Positions 1 through 9,143 are shown, numbered from the stretch's first letter. The stretch: DNA of 17,132 nt from Gemmatimonadota bacterium (GCA_039591655.1 JBDHDE010000054.1:1-17132); one strand, 5' to 3'. Numbers and translations are program-made. Notes: generated from the sequence alone by a model not told the origin.

Positions 1-431
1 CGCTTCACGTACGGCCGGTTCGAGCCAGTCCAGGCCTGGAGTGTGCGCTTCTTCGCCTGGAGCGACACCACTCATCCGGTGCGCCATCCGGATGCCTTCG
101 CAGCGCTACTCGCCTCTGCCCCACACCTCGCGCTAGAGGTCCCGCGGCTCGACTTCCAATGGTACCGTCCGGTCATCCCCAACCTGCCGCGCGAGCGAAT
201 CGCTCTCGAGGCAACTACCCACGTCGAGCTGACCCCTGGGAACTACACGCTCCGCACGATCAGCGACGATGCCATTGGGACCCGCACGGGTCCTCCGCTG
301 ATTTCGCTCCTCTCGAGGGCGGGCACCACACCATACGCGTTCAGTTCTATCAGGACCGGGGCTGGACGGAGCTGCGGCTCGAAATCCTGCGCGGCTCGGA
401 GTGGTCCACCGGCTCGCCGGGGCCACACTGA
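1..431 (+). pseudogene. 3' end of a gene with a C-terminal PA14-like domain, disrupted by an apparent internal deletion/frameshift at ~273-276; 5' part lies outside the window
   Basis: Frame 1 is open from base 1 to ...PGNYTLRTISDDAI. The PA14-like continuation HWDPHGSSADFAPLEGGHHTIRVQFYQDRGWTELRLEIL...* (stop ends 431) is in frame 3. The strand that usually follows 'SDD' in PA14 domains (RvwvDgxxvid, recalled consensus) is missing at the junction gcCATTggg. Confidence 0.6.
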
Positions 432-472
432 TCAATCTCGCTCGGAGGGCCCCGCTGGGACACTACCGCCAG

Positions 473-2590
473 TCATGGCACTGCAGCCACCCGGTCCCGA
501 CCGGTCGCCCATCGGAGCCGCTCAGGTGGATCCAACCTGTCGAGGTGCCTCCGTTGTGCACTTGTCAGCAGACTGAGCCCCACCTGGAACGAGGCGTTCA
601 TCCACCCAAAACCTTCGGGCGTCAGGTATTCGAACTCGGTGCCGACGTTGCCGTACTCTCCGAAGACCGCATGTGAGCGCGCCACCACGTCGTACTTCTC
701 GGGGATGGTCCCATTGTAGTCGACCGCGTTCCGGGTGATCGTGTAGAGCCAGCGGTACGCCAGCCGCTGCGCAGGGTTCACGAATCCCAAGTTCAGCAGG
801 CCGCGCCACGCCAGCATCTGATGGGGCGCCCACCCGTTGGGATAGTCCCACTGCCTTGCCGGACGCTCCGATGAGAGAGGACCCCGCGAGGCCTCGGTCG
901 AGCTCACGAGTCCGCCAGGCATTTCCAGAAGACGCAGCGCCACTTCAACTAGACGCTCCGTTTCGGCCCGCGAAAGCAGCCACAGTGCAGGATCCTCCGC
1001 GCCGCTCGCCCACAGAGGGTAAAACGTGGTCGCCGCTACGTACTCGCGGCGCTGCCCGGTCCGCACGCTGTAATCGAAGAACAGCGACCGGTTCGAATCC
1101 CATAGGTAACGCCGGATGCTGGCCCGTCGGCGGCGCGCTCGCTCGTACCACTCGGAACTGGAGACCACTCGACCGGTCGACAGCTCGAGTCGATCGGCCC
1201 ACTCCCGCTCCACGGTCCGGGCGATGTCGAGCTCGATCTTGTAGAGGAGCGAGTTGAGATCGACGGTCACGAAGTCGGTACAGCGGCTTCCGTCCACGTC
1301 CCACCGGTACGTGGTGTCGTGACCCGACTCTCGCATGCAGCGGTCATTGCGAAAGAACTCGTCGAGCTCCGCCTGTATTGAGTCGGGGAGGCGCGCCGCC
1401 GCATACAGCTCCTCCAGCGCACGCGGCCGGATTCCGTAAACCGCCCCGAACGCGGCGTAGGTCGGGTCGAAGTGGCCAGGTTCGACCTCCGGCGGCTGCC
1501 CCATGCCCTGCCCGAAGTACCGACTCAGCCCCGTCGTGGAGTCAAGCCGTTCGGGACCCGTCCAGACGGTCTCGTACTCCGCAATCGCTGCCTCCAACAC
1601 GCCGGCCAACCACACCCGCGCGGTATCGCCGCCGCCCAAGTGGTCGTAGACCGCGAGCGCCATTGACGTGAGAAACGGCGGCTGTGAGCGGGTCAAGTAG
1701 TACGTGCGATTCGCGTTGAGGATCTTGCCATAGTGCCGGAGCTGGTACACGAAGTTGTCGACCATCGCTCTGGCAAGGTCTACCCGGCCGTCCTCCAGGA
1801 GGCCCACCGCCTCGAAATAGCTGTCCCACCCGTACATCTCGTTGAAGCGCCCGCCGGGCACCACGAAGGGAATCCCAACCATCTCCCCGCTCGACGCCCG
1901 CTCGAGGCCGAGAGTCAACAGCCCGTGGCGGCCGCGCAAGGACTCGACATACTCGGGTGTGATCACTCTCGGGAGCCGTGCCAGTCGAAACGCCGGGATG
2001 CCTTCGGAGTGGGCGGCTTTCTCGAAGTGACGCAGCGCCGTCGTATCGGTGTACGGGACGTAGAGATACGGTATCCCGTCCAGCCCGATCTTCTCATCAC
2101 GCAGCACAGCTTCGATGTGCTCAGCGTCGACCCTCCTCGTGAGCGCATCCCAGTAACGCTCCCGAATGAGTCGCGAGATGCGCGCCGTTGGCGGCTCAAA
2201 CACGCGTCCAGCAGCGACCACGGCCGTGTCCCATCCCTCCAGCTGCGCTGCTCGCAGCTCCTGCAGGAGGTTCGAGAGGTGGTACGTCCGCCGGACTTCG
2301 ATCTCTTCACCGTCGATCAGCCGCAGCAGGAACTCCTCGTCACCCCGGCCGCGTTCGCCCGTCGGCCGATCATCGATCGTGATCCTGCGGTCACCGTCGG
2401 TGTCTTCCTCGGCCGCGAGACGATCGAGCGCGCTCCGCACGTCAACGATGAGCGAGTCGGGCACGCCCCGGGGAATCTCCCCTAGGCGAGAGTCGGGCCT
2501 GGAGCATGCCAAAAAGAGGAGCGCGGCAAGCAGGCCGGAGAGGCGTGGATGTAGGCCCGTGGCCACTGGGTGGCGCGGGCTAGACGGCAA
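473..2590 (-). CDS. GH37 alpha,alpha-trehalase, neutral-trehalase (Nth1)-like with Ca-binding motif; probable lipoprotein; start uncertain (TTG 2590 or GTG 2566)
   Basis: Motifs VPGGRFNEMYGWDSYF, GKILNANRTYYLTRSQPPF, RESGHD, RQWDYPNGWAPHQ, IPEKYDV and EGFGWMNAS; N-terminal EDTDGDRRITIDD; hydrophobic leader ending LLFLAC. Confidence 0.92.
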   Translation of the reverse strand: MPSSPRHPVATGLHPRLSGLLAALLFLACSRPDSRLGEIPRGVPDSLIVDVRSALDRLAAEEDTDGDRRITIDDRPTGERGRGDEEFLLRLIDGEEIEVRRTYHLSNLLQELRAAQLEGWDTAVVAAGRVFEPPTARISRLIRERYWDALTRRVDAEHIEAVLRDEKIGLDGIPYLYVPYTDTTALRHFEKAAHSEGIPAFRLARLPRVITPEYVESLRGRHGLLTLGLERASSGEMVGIPFVVPGGRFNEMYGWDSYFEAVGLLEDGRVDLARAMVDNFVYQLRHYGKILNANRTYYLTRSQPPFLTSMALAVYDHLGGGDTARVWLAGVLEAAIAEYETVWTGPERLDSTTGLSRYFGQGMGQPPEVEPGHFDPTYAAFGAVYGIRPRALEELYAAARLPDSIQAELDEFFRNDRCMRESGHDTTYRWDVDGSRCTDFVTVDLNSLLYKIELDIARTVEREWADRLELSTGRVVSSSEWYERARRRRASIRRYLWDSNRSLFFDYSVRTGQRREYVAATTFYPLWASGAEDPALWLLSRAETERLVEVALRLLEMPGGLVSSTEASRGPLSSERPARQWDYPNGWAPHQMLAWRGLLNLGFVNPAQRLAYRWLYTITRNAVDYNGTIPEKYDVVARSHAVFGEYGNVGTEFEYLTPEGFGWMNASFQVGLSLLTSAQRRHLDRLDPPERLRWATGRDRVAAVP

Positions 2591-2601
2591 CGCTCACGCC
2601 A

Positions 2602-3111
2602 TCACCCTTCCCCCGCGGGGGTGGGAGGGAACAGGCCCAATTGGGTGAGGAAGGCCAGGTTGTCCCACTCTACCCAGAGCTCGGCGATCTTCCCGTCTTC
2701 CAGACGGAAAATGGCGAGGAACTTGCTCTCTGCCCGTTTCCCGGTCGGCGGGAACTCCCCCATGGGACCGGTATGGGTCCCGGCGTAGGTCGCGTAGCCC
2801 GCGACTTTGTCGCCTTCGGCGATGAGCATCTCGGACGTGACGCTCTGGTCGGGGAAGCTCGCTAGGAATGACTCCTGCAATTGCTTGAACTCCTCGCGGG
2901 AGTTCACCTGCACGTCGGCTGTGGCCTGGCTGTGGCGGCGGAAGTCCTCGGTCACTACCTCATCAAGCGCATCCCAGTCAGCTGCGTTGAGGGCCTCGGT
3001 AAACCGCCGGACCACATCCTTGTTTGCCTCGAGCTGCGCTGTGGTCGAGGTGCCGCAGCCGGCCAGTACAGCCGCCAGCGCAGCCAAGAACACTAGAGAG
3101 TGCTGTCGCAT
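2602..3111 (-). CDS. SnoaL-like ester cyclase / NTF2-family lipoprotein (169 aa)
   Basis: NKDVVRRF, SFPD, GTHTGPMGEFPPTGK and FRLEDGKIAE..WDNLAFLTQLG are typical of SnoaL-like proteins; lipobox LAGC; SD GAGGAG just upstream of ATG 3111. Confidence 0.88.
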   Translation of the reverse strand: MRQHSLVFLAALAAVLAGCGTSTTAQLEANKDVVRRFTEALNAADWDALDEVVTEDFRRHSQATADVQVNSREEFKQLQESFLASFPDQSVTSEMLIAEGDKVAGYATYAGTHTGPMGEFPPTGKRAESKFLAIFRLEDGKIAELWVEWDNLAFLTQLGLFPPTPAGEG

Positions 3112-3169
3112 GATCTCCTCCACAGGTACCGCCTCTTGCCCGTAACGATGCGCTTTCCGGGCGCTCATA

Positions 3170-4162
3170 TCAACGCCCTTCCCTCCCCCCTAGCTTCTGC
3201 CCGAACCACGCCGCCACCTCAGCCAGTGCCCGCTGCCCGTGTTCTGGATGGTACCCCTCCGCTCCACGGAACTCGTGCCCCGTACCAGGAATGGCGATGC
3301 GTCGGCATTCCGCGCCCGCGGCCGTCAGGCCCGCACACACTGCTTCGCTGGGCTCCACGATGAACGGGAAGTCGTCTGTCCCGTAGATGATGAGGGTCGG
3401 TGGTGCCGTGGCGGTGAGGTGGTGCTTGAGTGAGAGCGAATCGAGGACTGCACGTTCCACCTGAAGTGCGGGGAGGGCCTGGAAGAGCTCTGGAAACCGC
3501 TCGGCGTCCGACGCGAAGTCGAAGCCGGCCGGGTAATAGACAGCGACCGTTCGTATCCCGGACCCGCCAGGCGCCGAGCGGTCTACCGATGCAGCCCCAC
3601 CGCCGCGCGTGAGCGCAAGGTAGAGCGCGAGGTATCCGCCGGAGCTCGCACCCCACACGCCGATCCGATCCGGGTCCACCTCGAGGTCGGCAGCATGGCT
3701 GCGCACGAACCTCACTGCGCGGTCGAGGTCATCCACGATCCCCGGGAGTCGGAATGTCGGGCTGCTGCCGTGCCGCACGTCAAAGACGGTGAGGCCCGCC
3801 TCCAGAAGCGGCGTGAAGCTGAACTGCTCCAGAAGGGGAATCGGTGTCGGGTCTCCCTCCAGGTGCAGCTCGTGCGCCTCGAGGTAGTGGTGAGAGTTCC
3901 ATCCGATCCTCTCATACTGGCGGGCCTGCCCGGAGACGAACCCGCCGCTGCTGATGAACAGCACGGCGCCACCGTTCGGATGCTCGGGGCGGAACACGTC
4001 GAATGTCAGGGCCATCCCGAGCTTGCGGGCGTACACGACGTCGGCCACGACCGTGACTGCCCGTGCCTCGCGGCTTGTGTCGGGACCGCCCCCGGCGCTG
4101 CAAGAGATCCCGAGAAACGCGAGTGCAAGTGTCCGGCAACGCGACGGCGATGTGAGTAGCAT
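3170..4162 (-). CDS. Alpha/beta hydrolase (esterase/lipase, BD-FAE-like), probably exported
   Basis: Nucleophile elbow GASSGG after DPDRIGVW; SSGGF oxyanion region; PPTLIIYGTDD (Asp); GTGHEF (His); hydrophobic leader ending in Cys. Confidence 0.88.
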   Translation of the reverse strand: MLLTSPSRCRTLALAFLGISCSAGGGPDTSREARAVTVVADVVYARKLGMALTFDVFRPEHPNGGAVLFISSGGFVSGQARQYERIGWNSHHYLEAHELHLEGDPTPIPLLEQFSFTPLLEAGLTVFDVRHGSSPTFRLPGIVDDLDRAVRFVRSHAADLEVDPDRIGVWGASSGGYLALYLALTRGGGAASVDRSAPGGSGIRTVAVYYPAGFDFASDAERFPELFQALPALQVERAVLDSLSLKHHLTATAPPTLIIYGTDDFPFIVEPSEAVCAGLTAAGAECRRIAIPGTGHEFRGAEGYHPEHGQRALAEVAAWFGQKLGGREGR

Positions 4163-4256
4163 GAGTGCCTCGGCGTGGAGTTGAGGGCTCTACGCAGGGC
4201 AGTGTTGATGGGTTTCGGAAGCCGGTGGTAAGGCTTCGAGCTGTGTCACTGAAGCG

Positions 4257-6668
4257 TCAGGGATCTTTCGGCGACGCGGCGAGCCTGGCTTCTGCCCCTT
4301 CGAGCTGCACGCGGGGCAGGATCACGTCTTGGAACCGAGGAGTGTCCCGGATCGGGGCCAGGATGGGGTCCCAGACGTTGTACTGGACCCGGAACGGCAT
4401 GGCGAAGACCATCTCCTCCAGCTGGTCCAGCGCTCGATCCGGCTCCCCGAGCAACATCCACGTTTGAGGCAGAACCCGTCCTGCGCCCTCTGGCAAGAGC
4501 GTCTGGTCCCCGGCCTCCAGAGCCTCACCCTGCAGGCGGAAACCGGCGGAGTCGGGCAGGTAGGAACCGAACCGATCGATCGCTTCCCGGTATCGGCCGT
4601 CGAACAGCATCAGGCGGCCCAGGACAGTCCGGAGGAAGTGCATGTCTCCGGCCGTGTCCATCGCGATCCCCTCCTCCAAGAGCGCTTCGGCCTCTTCCGC
4701 GCGGTCGTTCATGTACAGTGTGAAACCCTGTATATCCAGGCGGACGGGTGCCCGGTCGAGGGCCAGCGCCCGGCCGCTCTCTCGCAGCGACTCGTCCAGG
4801 CGCCCCATACCCCAGAGCAGCTCCGCATACTGGGTGTGCGCCTCCTCATTGTCCGGATCGAGCTCCAGCGCCCGGATGAGCTCCCGTTCGCCGTCCGCCC
4901 ACTCCCACCGGTCGCGGTGGACTCCACCGAGAGCCACGCGGGCCGAAGCGTTCTGCGGGTCCAGCTCGAGCGCGCGCCGGGCCGCCGCCTCCGCCGCCGC
5001 GAGGCTACGTGCCCACACCGTGGAGTCCGTGGACTCGCCCCCCAGCCCCGTATACAGAGGGCTTATGGCGCGGGCCTCAGCCAGCCCCGCCCACGCCGGC
5101 GCCCACGTGGAGTCCCTGGCGACGGCCGCTTCGAAGAGGCGTACCGCCTCCCCGACCCCGGGGCCCCGTCGACGCATCGCCGCCCGTGCGTTCAAGTACA
5201 ACTCGTACGCATCCATGTCGAGCGTGGGGGAGACGAGCGCTTCCTGGCTCAGGCCGAGTGGAACGCGGAGTGCCTCGGTGATTGCCTCAGCGATCTCCGT
5301 CTGGATGGCGAAGATGCTCTCGAGCCGGCGATCGTACGTCTGCGCCCACAAGCGGAACCCGTCCAAGGTGCTCACGAGTTCGGCACTGATGCGTACCTGA
5401 TCCCCCTCCTTCCGGACGCTTCCGCCGAGGAGGTACGCCACACCGAGCTCCTCGCCGACCTGCCGCAGGTCCAAGCCCCGGTCCTTGTAGACGAATGCGG
5501 ACGAGCGGGCCGCGACTCGGAGGTCACGGATCTTGGACAGCACAGTGAGGATCTCCTCTGAGATACCATCACTGAAGTACTCCTGGTCACCTTCCGGGCT
5601 CATGTCGGCAAAGGGGAGCACCGCGATCGCCGGGCGGGGATCGTCGGCCAGGTCCGGATAGGTCAGGTCCGATCCCGCGATGGCCGCCCCCGTCGAATCT
5701 CCCGCCGAGGGTTCACCGCCGCCCCGTCCTAGAAGCGCCCATGCGAGTACGGCCACCGCTGCTACGGGAACGGCGATTCGAGCAGCGCGTGACCATGGAG
5801 ACGGTGTCGTCACCTCGGCCGCAGAAGCGACCGCAGCCTCGCCGACGAGTGCGTCCGCAAATGCTTTGGTGTTCTCGAAACGATCGGCCGGCACTTTGGC
5901 CAGGGCCTTGTCCACTGCGGCTTCGATGTGTACGGGCACGGTGTCACGGATCGTACGGAGCTTCACCGGCGTCTCGCCGACGATCTTGGCGACGACGGCC
6001 TGCACGTTGGACCCAGTGAACGGTGGGTCACCGGCCAGCATCTCATACAGGACGCTTCCCAGAGCGTAGATGTCGGTGGTGGGTCTGGCCTCGCGGTCAC
6101 CGGTTGCCTGTTCGGGACTCATGTAAGAGGGTGTACCGACCGACAGCCCGGTCGCTGTGATGCGGTCGCCAGCTACGTGGGCGACCGCGAGGGCGATGCC
6201 GAAGTCCGCCACCATAGGCGTGCCCTCGTGCAGCATGATGTTGTCGGGCTTGATGTCCCGGTGGATGACGTCGCGGCGGTGTGCATAATCCAGTGCTTCC
6301 GCCACCGCGCGCGTGATCGAGACCGCTTCCTCAACGGAGAGCTGCCGTTCCCGATCGATCTTGTCACGAAGGGACTCGCCCTCAACGAACGGCATCACGT
6401 AATACAGATCCCCGTCCGCCTCACCAGAATCGTAGAGCTGCACGATGTTGGGGTGATGGAGGTTGGCGGTGACCCGAATCTCGTTGAGGAAACGATCCGC
6501 TCCAAGCACCGCGGCAAGCTCGGGTAGCAGAACCTTGAGGGCCACCTGGCGGTGATGCTTGACGTCGTGGGCGAGATACACCGTGGCCATCCCACCGCTA
6601 CCGATCTCCCGCTCGACGGCGTAGCGGTCGGCGAGGGCTGCTTTGAGGCGGTCCAACTGATCGGTCAA
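4257..6668 (-). CDS. Hanks-type Ser/Thr protein kinase with TM segment, TolB-like domain and TPR repeats
   Basis: GSGGMATVY, VALK, HRDIKPDN, DFG and GTPSYMSPEQ; TM IAVPVAAVAVLAWALL; AIAVLPFADMSPEGDQEYFSDGISEEI; repeated RALELDP; TTG start preceded by GAGGT. Confidence 0.95.
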   Translation of the reverse strand: MTDQLDRLKAALADRYAVEREIGSGGMATVYLAHDVKHHRQVALKVLLPELAAVLGADRFLNEIRVTANLHHPNIVQLYDSGEADGDLYYVMPFVEGESLRDKIDRERQLSVEEAVSITRAVAEALDYAHRRDVIHRDIKPDNIMLHEGTPMVADFGIALAVAHVAGDRITATGLSVGTPSYMSPEQATGDREARPTTDIYALGSVLYEMLAGDPPFTGSNVQAVVAKIVGETPVKLRTIRDTVPVHIEAAVDKALAKVPADRFENTKAFADALVGEAAVASAAEVTTPSPWSRAARIAVPVAAVAVLAWALLGRGGGEPSAGDSTGAAIAGSDLTYPDLADDPRPAIAVLPFADMSPEGDQEYFSDGISEEILTVLSKIRDLRVAARSSAFVYKDRGLDLRQVGEELGVAYLLGGSVRKEGDQVRISAELVSTLDGFRLWAQTYDRRLESIFAIQTEIAEAITEALRVPLGLSQEALVSPTLDMDAYELYLNARAAMRRRGPGVGEAVRLFEAAVARDSTWAPAWAGLAEARAISPLYTGLGGESTDSTVWARSLAAAEAAARRALELDPQNASARVALGGVHRDRWEWADGERELIRALELDPDNEEAHTQYAELLWGMGRLDESLRESGRALALDRAPVRLDIQGFTLYMNDRAEEAEALLEEGIAMDTAGDMHFLRTVLGRLMLFDGRYREAIDRFGSYLPDSAGFRLQGEALEAGDQTLLPEGAGRVLPQTWMLLGEPDRALDQLEEMVFAMPFRVQYNVWDPILAPIRDTPRFQDVILPRVQLEGAEARLAASPKDP

Positions 6669-6714
6669 GCGGGGACCTCGGCTGAAGCTGCCCTAAGGTA
6701 CGGATCGGTTGACG

Positions 6715-6818
6715 GTTAGGCTAACAAGTTTGGCACACTACTGGCACACAAATGCCGAGAGCGGGCGGATCAGCCTCGACCCGCTTGCCCCCTAACTTGT
6801 TTCGTTGAGTTGAGTTAC
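6715..6818. repeat. Possible island-end region: GTTAG-G-CTAAC palindrome, TGGCACAC direct repeats and an AT-rich TAAC...GTTA segment
   Basis: GTTAGGCTAAC at 6715-6725; TGGCACAC at 6731-6738 and 6742-6749 (11-bp period); taacttgtttcgttgagttgagttac at 6793-6818. Confidence 0.4.
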
Positions 6819-6838
6819 GCTAGCCGGGACGGCCGTCC

Positions 6839-6863
6839 CAGCTGCATGGCCTTGTTAGGCGGC
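6839..6863 (-). mobile_element. Half attC site (gene-proximal R''-L'' half)
   Basis: Minus strand reads GCC-GCCTAAC-AAGGC-CATGCAGC-TG (R'', 5-bp spacer, 8-bp L''), matching 14541-14562; lies just downstream of the SnoaL remnant. Confidence 0.7.
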
Positions 6864-6884
6864 CCGCTAGATGAGATCGTACTC

Positions 6885-7080
6885 TCAACCTCTGGCCGTA
6901 ATCTTCCCGGCCGTTTCTGCAGTCCACAGGATATAGGCGTAGTCGCCTTCTACCGATTGAGTCGTCATCGTAAACGAACTACCCGGCTTTCCAAACTCGG
7001 CTAGCATCGACTCGAACAACGGCTTGATGGCGTCGGGGCCCATCAGTGGCCCATCCGGAGTGAAAAGGACTGCATCTGCT
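6885..7080 (-). pseudogene. Truncated, internally deleted SnoaL/NTF2-family gene (cassette remnant)
   Basis: ADAVLFTPDGPLMGPDAIKPLF...VEGDYAYILWTAET joins directly to AGKITARG*. The family N-terminal helix and the final D-T-F...GKI strands (recalled consensus) are absent. Confidence 0.6.
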
Positions 7081-7166
7081 CCCTGTGTGGGTTGCTTTAG
7101 GGTGACGATCCAAGCTGGCACGTCCACGTTAGCCATTCCGAGGAAACCGCCGCGGGGCCTTGCTTT

Positions 7167-7266
7167 CCGACATTATGGCATGCAGTCTGCGGCAATGCAC
7201 GGCTCGGCGCCAACGGCGTGGAACTTCCTCTAGATTCCGCGCGCCTCCGCAGCGGTGACGTTAGGG
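7167..7266 (-). mobile_element. Degenerate attC-like site
   Basis: CGCCTCCGCAGC at 7242-7253 is identical to 14533-14544 and 15244-15255; GTTAGGG at 7260-7266; acttcctctaga resembles acttcctttaga in the 15724 site; gcatgcagtctgcgg is a possible eroded left arm. Confidence 0.5.
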
Positions 7267-7321
7267 GGTGCGGCGTAGGCGGCCCATACTGAGCCCTCGC
7301 GACGTCCGATGCCGGCGATCC

Positions 7322-8278
7322 CTACCGCTCCCGAAACCTCTCTGCATAACCGCTCTTCCGCAGGAAATCCTGGTAGTCGGTGATGGAGAGAATCTCCTGA
7401 ACCGCCTGTGTCTTGTCTTCGGCAGCCGCGTAGAAGGACTCCGCGATCCTCGCGCCCATCACGTAGCCGAGATCGACGGGCTGGTCGGGATCGCTTGGCT
7501 TCGCGAACATCCAGTCCCCAGGGCGCTCGTTGTTCATCTCGCTCTCGAACCGGGTCCACAGCGCCCGTTCGTTCTCGATCAGGTAGTCGTGGGCCGCCTT
7601 CTTGGCGTATGCTCCGGTACTCAGGTAGGTGAGGTACTCGGCGATGCCCTCCCTGAGGGCGAGGGAGAGGAGGCTCATCTTCGGGCCGAAGACCTGCATG
7701 TACTCCTCCATCCCAACGGTCAGCGCCTGCTGCACGTGAACCGTCTCGTGCACTAAGACGAGCCTGACCACAGAGGGATCTGAAGCCAGCTCCGTCATCG
7801 CAATCAACAACCCGTATTCGGACGGCTCGGCGTGGAGGCCCGCATGTCCGATCCCGACGAAGTAGTAGACAGGAATGAAGGCAGTGTTCGGGACTATGTC
7901 CCTGAGTCCTCTGAACGCATCGCGAACCGCTTCCTCTTGCGATGCGAGCTGGCCTTTCAGGTCCCTCAGCGCCACGAATTGGCTGGTCCTCTCACGGATC
8001 GCTGCGAGGAAGTCCCCGGCCCCGAGATCGTTCGCTCGGACGTATTCACTGAGCCCTGGGCTGGCCTTGTCGAGATACTCGGCTTGCAGGACCGCAGTGG
8101 AATCGACCTGATCTTCCATCACGTCGAGGGCTCGCACGAAGTTGGCCAGGTCATCGTAGCTCAGCAGGACCTCGGCAGGATCGTTCGTGATCTCGCACAG
8201 GAGCTGTGCCTTAACAGCCGTTTGAGGTGAAACCAGGCAGATAAACGCGAGAGCAGCAATGCAAGCCGTGGTCTTCAT
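7322..8278 (-). CDS. Secreted putative Zn-dependent protease (DUF2268/GldB-like, HExxH)
   Basis: LVLVHETVHVQQ, downstream EGIAEY, DLGYVMGARIAESFY; signal peptide MKTTACIAALAFICLVSPQTAVKA; GGGAGGG upstream of ATG 8278. Confidence 0.75.
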   Translation of the reverse strand: MKTTACIAALAFICLVSPQTAVKAQLLCEITNDPAEVLLSYDDLANFVRALDVMEDQVDSTAVLQAEYLDKASPGLSEYVRANDLGAGDFLAAIRERTSQFVALRDLKGQLASQEEAVRDAFRGLRDIVPNTAFIPVYYFVGIGHAGLHAEPSEYGLLIAMTELASDPSVVRLVLVHETVHVQQALTVGMEEYMQVFGPKMSLLSLALREGIAEYLTYLSTGAYAKKAAHDYLIENERALWTRFESEMNNERPGDWMFAKPSDPDQPVDLGYVMGARIAESFYAAAEDKTQAVQEILSITDYQDFLRKSGYAERFRER

Positions 8279-8402
8279 GATTCTGTCCCTCCCATTCCCT
8301 TGTGACCCACTCCTCTGCCTTTCACAATCCCCGACTCTCCCGAGCCAGCCGTTCATCTCAAGGGTTGCGCCTCGGTAGAGTCGGCGATGCCGGCGCGGCT
8401 GT

Positions 8403-9083
8403 CTACCCCTCCCCCAGCACCATCTCGCACATCAGGCTGGAGCCGTCGACTTCCGTAGTCCGACACTCAAGCCCACAGCCCGCAGCCATCAGGTGAAAGT
8501 CCTCGGGCGCCATCGCACGTGCTTGAAAGCCGTCCCGGCATGCAATAACCCCATCCCCAGTGCCCGCATAGTCAATCTCACCGACTAGTCCGTGCGCCGC
8601 CTGGATTCTGAACCACTCCAGTCGACGCTCCCAGAACCTGGCTGCGTAGCTCGAGAACAGCACTCTTCCACCAGGGCGCGTTACTCTGACAGCCTCGCTG
8701 GCTAGCCGCTGAGGATCCACACCAAAGACCGCAACACCGTTCTGGATGCACACGACGACGTCGAACTGCGCGTCCCGAATCCCCAAGTCGCCAGCGTTCA
8801 TGCGGCTGAGGCCGCATGTCGCCCTGTTAGGCAGGAGCTGGCGCGCGAGCCGCAGGCTGTCGTGGGACGTGTCAATGCCGAGCACGTACTCCGCCTTCTC
8901 GGCTACTCTTTGCAGAACGCGTCCATATCCACAGCCGAGCTCCAAGAAACGGTGATCGCGATCGACGCGGTCCGCCACGAACTCGACTTCCGCCATCAGA
9001 TACTGTTGGACTCGCGGCGGGGCAAGTTCGTAGCATTGCCGCAGCCGGGCACCCGATAAGGCCGTGGCGTAGTAGTCCTGCAT
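8403..9083 (-). CDS. Class I SAM-dependent methyltransferase
   Basis: Motif I FLELGCGYG, VLGIDTS, FDVVVC, RVTRPGGRVLF; GAGG upstream of ATG. Confidence 0.9.
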   Translation of the reverse strand: MQDYYATALSGARLRQCYELAPPRVQQYLMAEVEFVADRVDRDHRFLELGCGYGRVLQRVAEKAEYVLGIDTSHDSLRLARQLLPNRATCGLSRMNAGDLGIRDAQFDVVVCIQNGVAVFGVDPQRLASEAVRVTRPGGRVLFSSYAARFWERRLEWFRIQAAHGLVGEIDYAGTGDGVIACRDGFQARAMAPEDFHLMAAGCGLECRTTEVDGSSLMCEMVLGEG

Positions 9084-9117
9084 GGCCTCAATACAGAGAC
9101 GGCCGCTGTGCGGCGCA

Positions 9118-9143
9118 GGCTAACGGCTTCGCGCATGAGCTAC
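9118..9143 (-). mobile_element. Half attC site (L'-R' half) upstream of the methyltransferase
   Basis: + strand GGCTAAC-GGCTTCGCG-CATGAGCTAC aligns with 15127-15153 and 15724-15749; no matching second arm before the stop codon at 9183. Confidence 0.7.

Noticed and set aside
4215..4239. Terminator after the kinase (GAAGCC/GGCTTC stem)
   Set aside because: Short stem and no U-tract on the minus strand.
4329..6527. Long + strand ORFs (410, 252, 199 aa) and similar antisense ORFs elsewhere (e.g. 1733-2485, 9874-10602, 11646-12338, 15855-16622)
   Set aside because: Shadow ORFs of well-supported genes in high-GC DNA with no recognisable motifs.
8331..8384. attC between the methyltransferase and the protease (CCGACTCT/AGAGTCGG inverted repeat)
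   Set aside because: Only 8 bp, with no R or L boxes of the local family.
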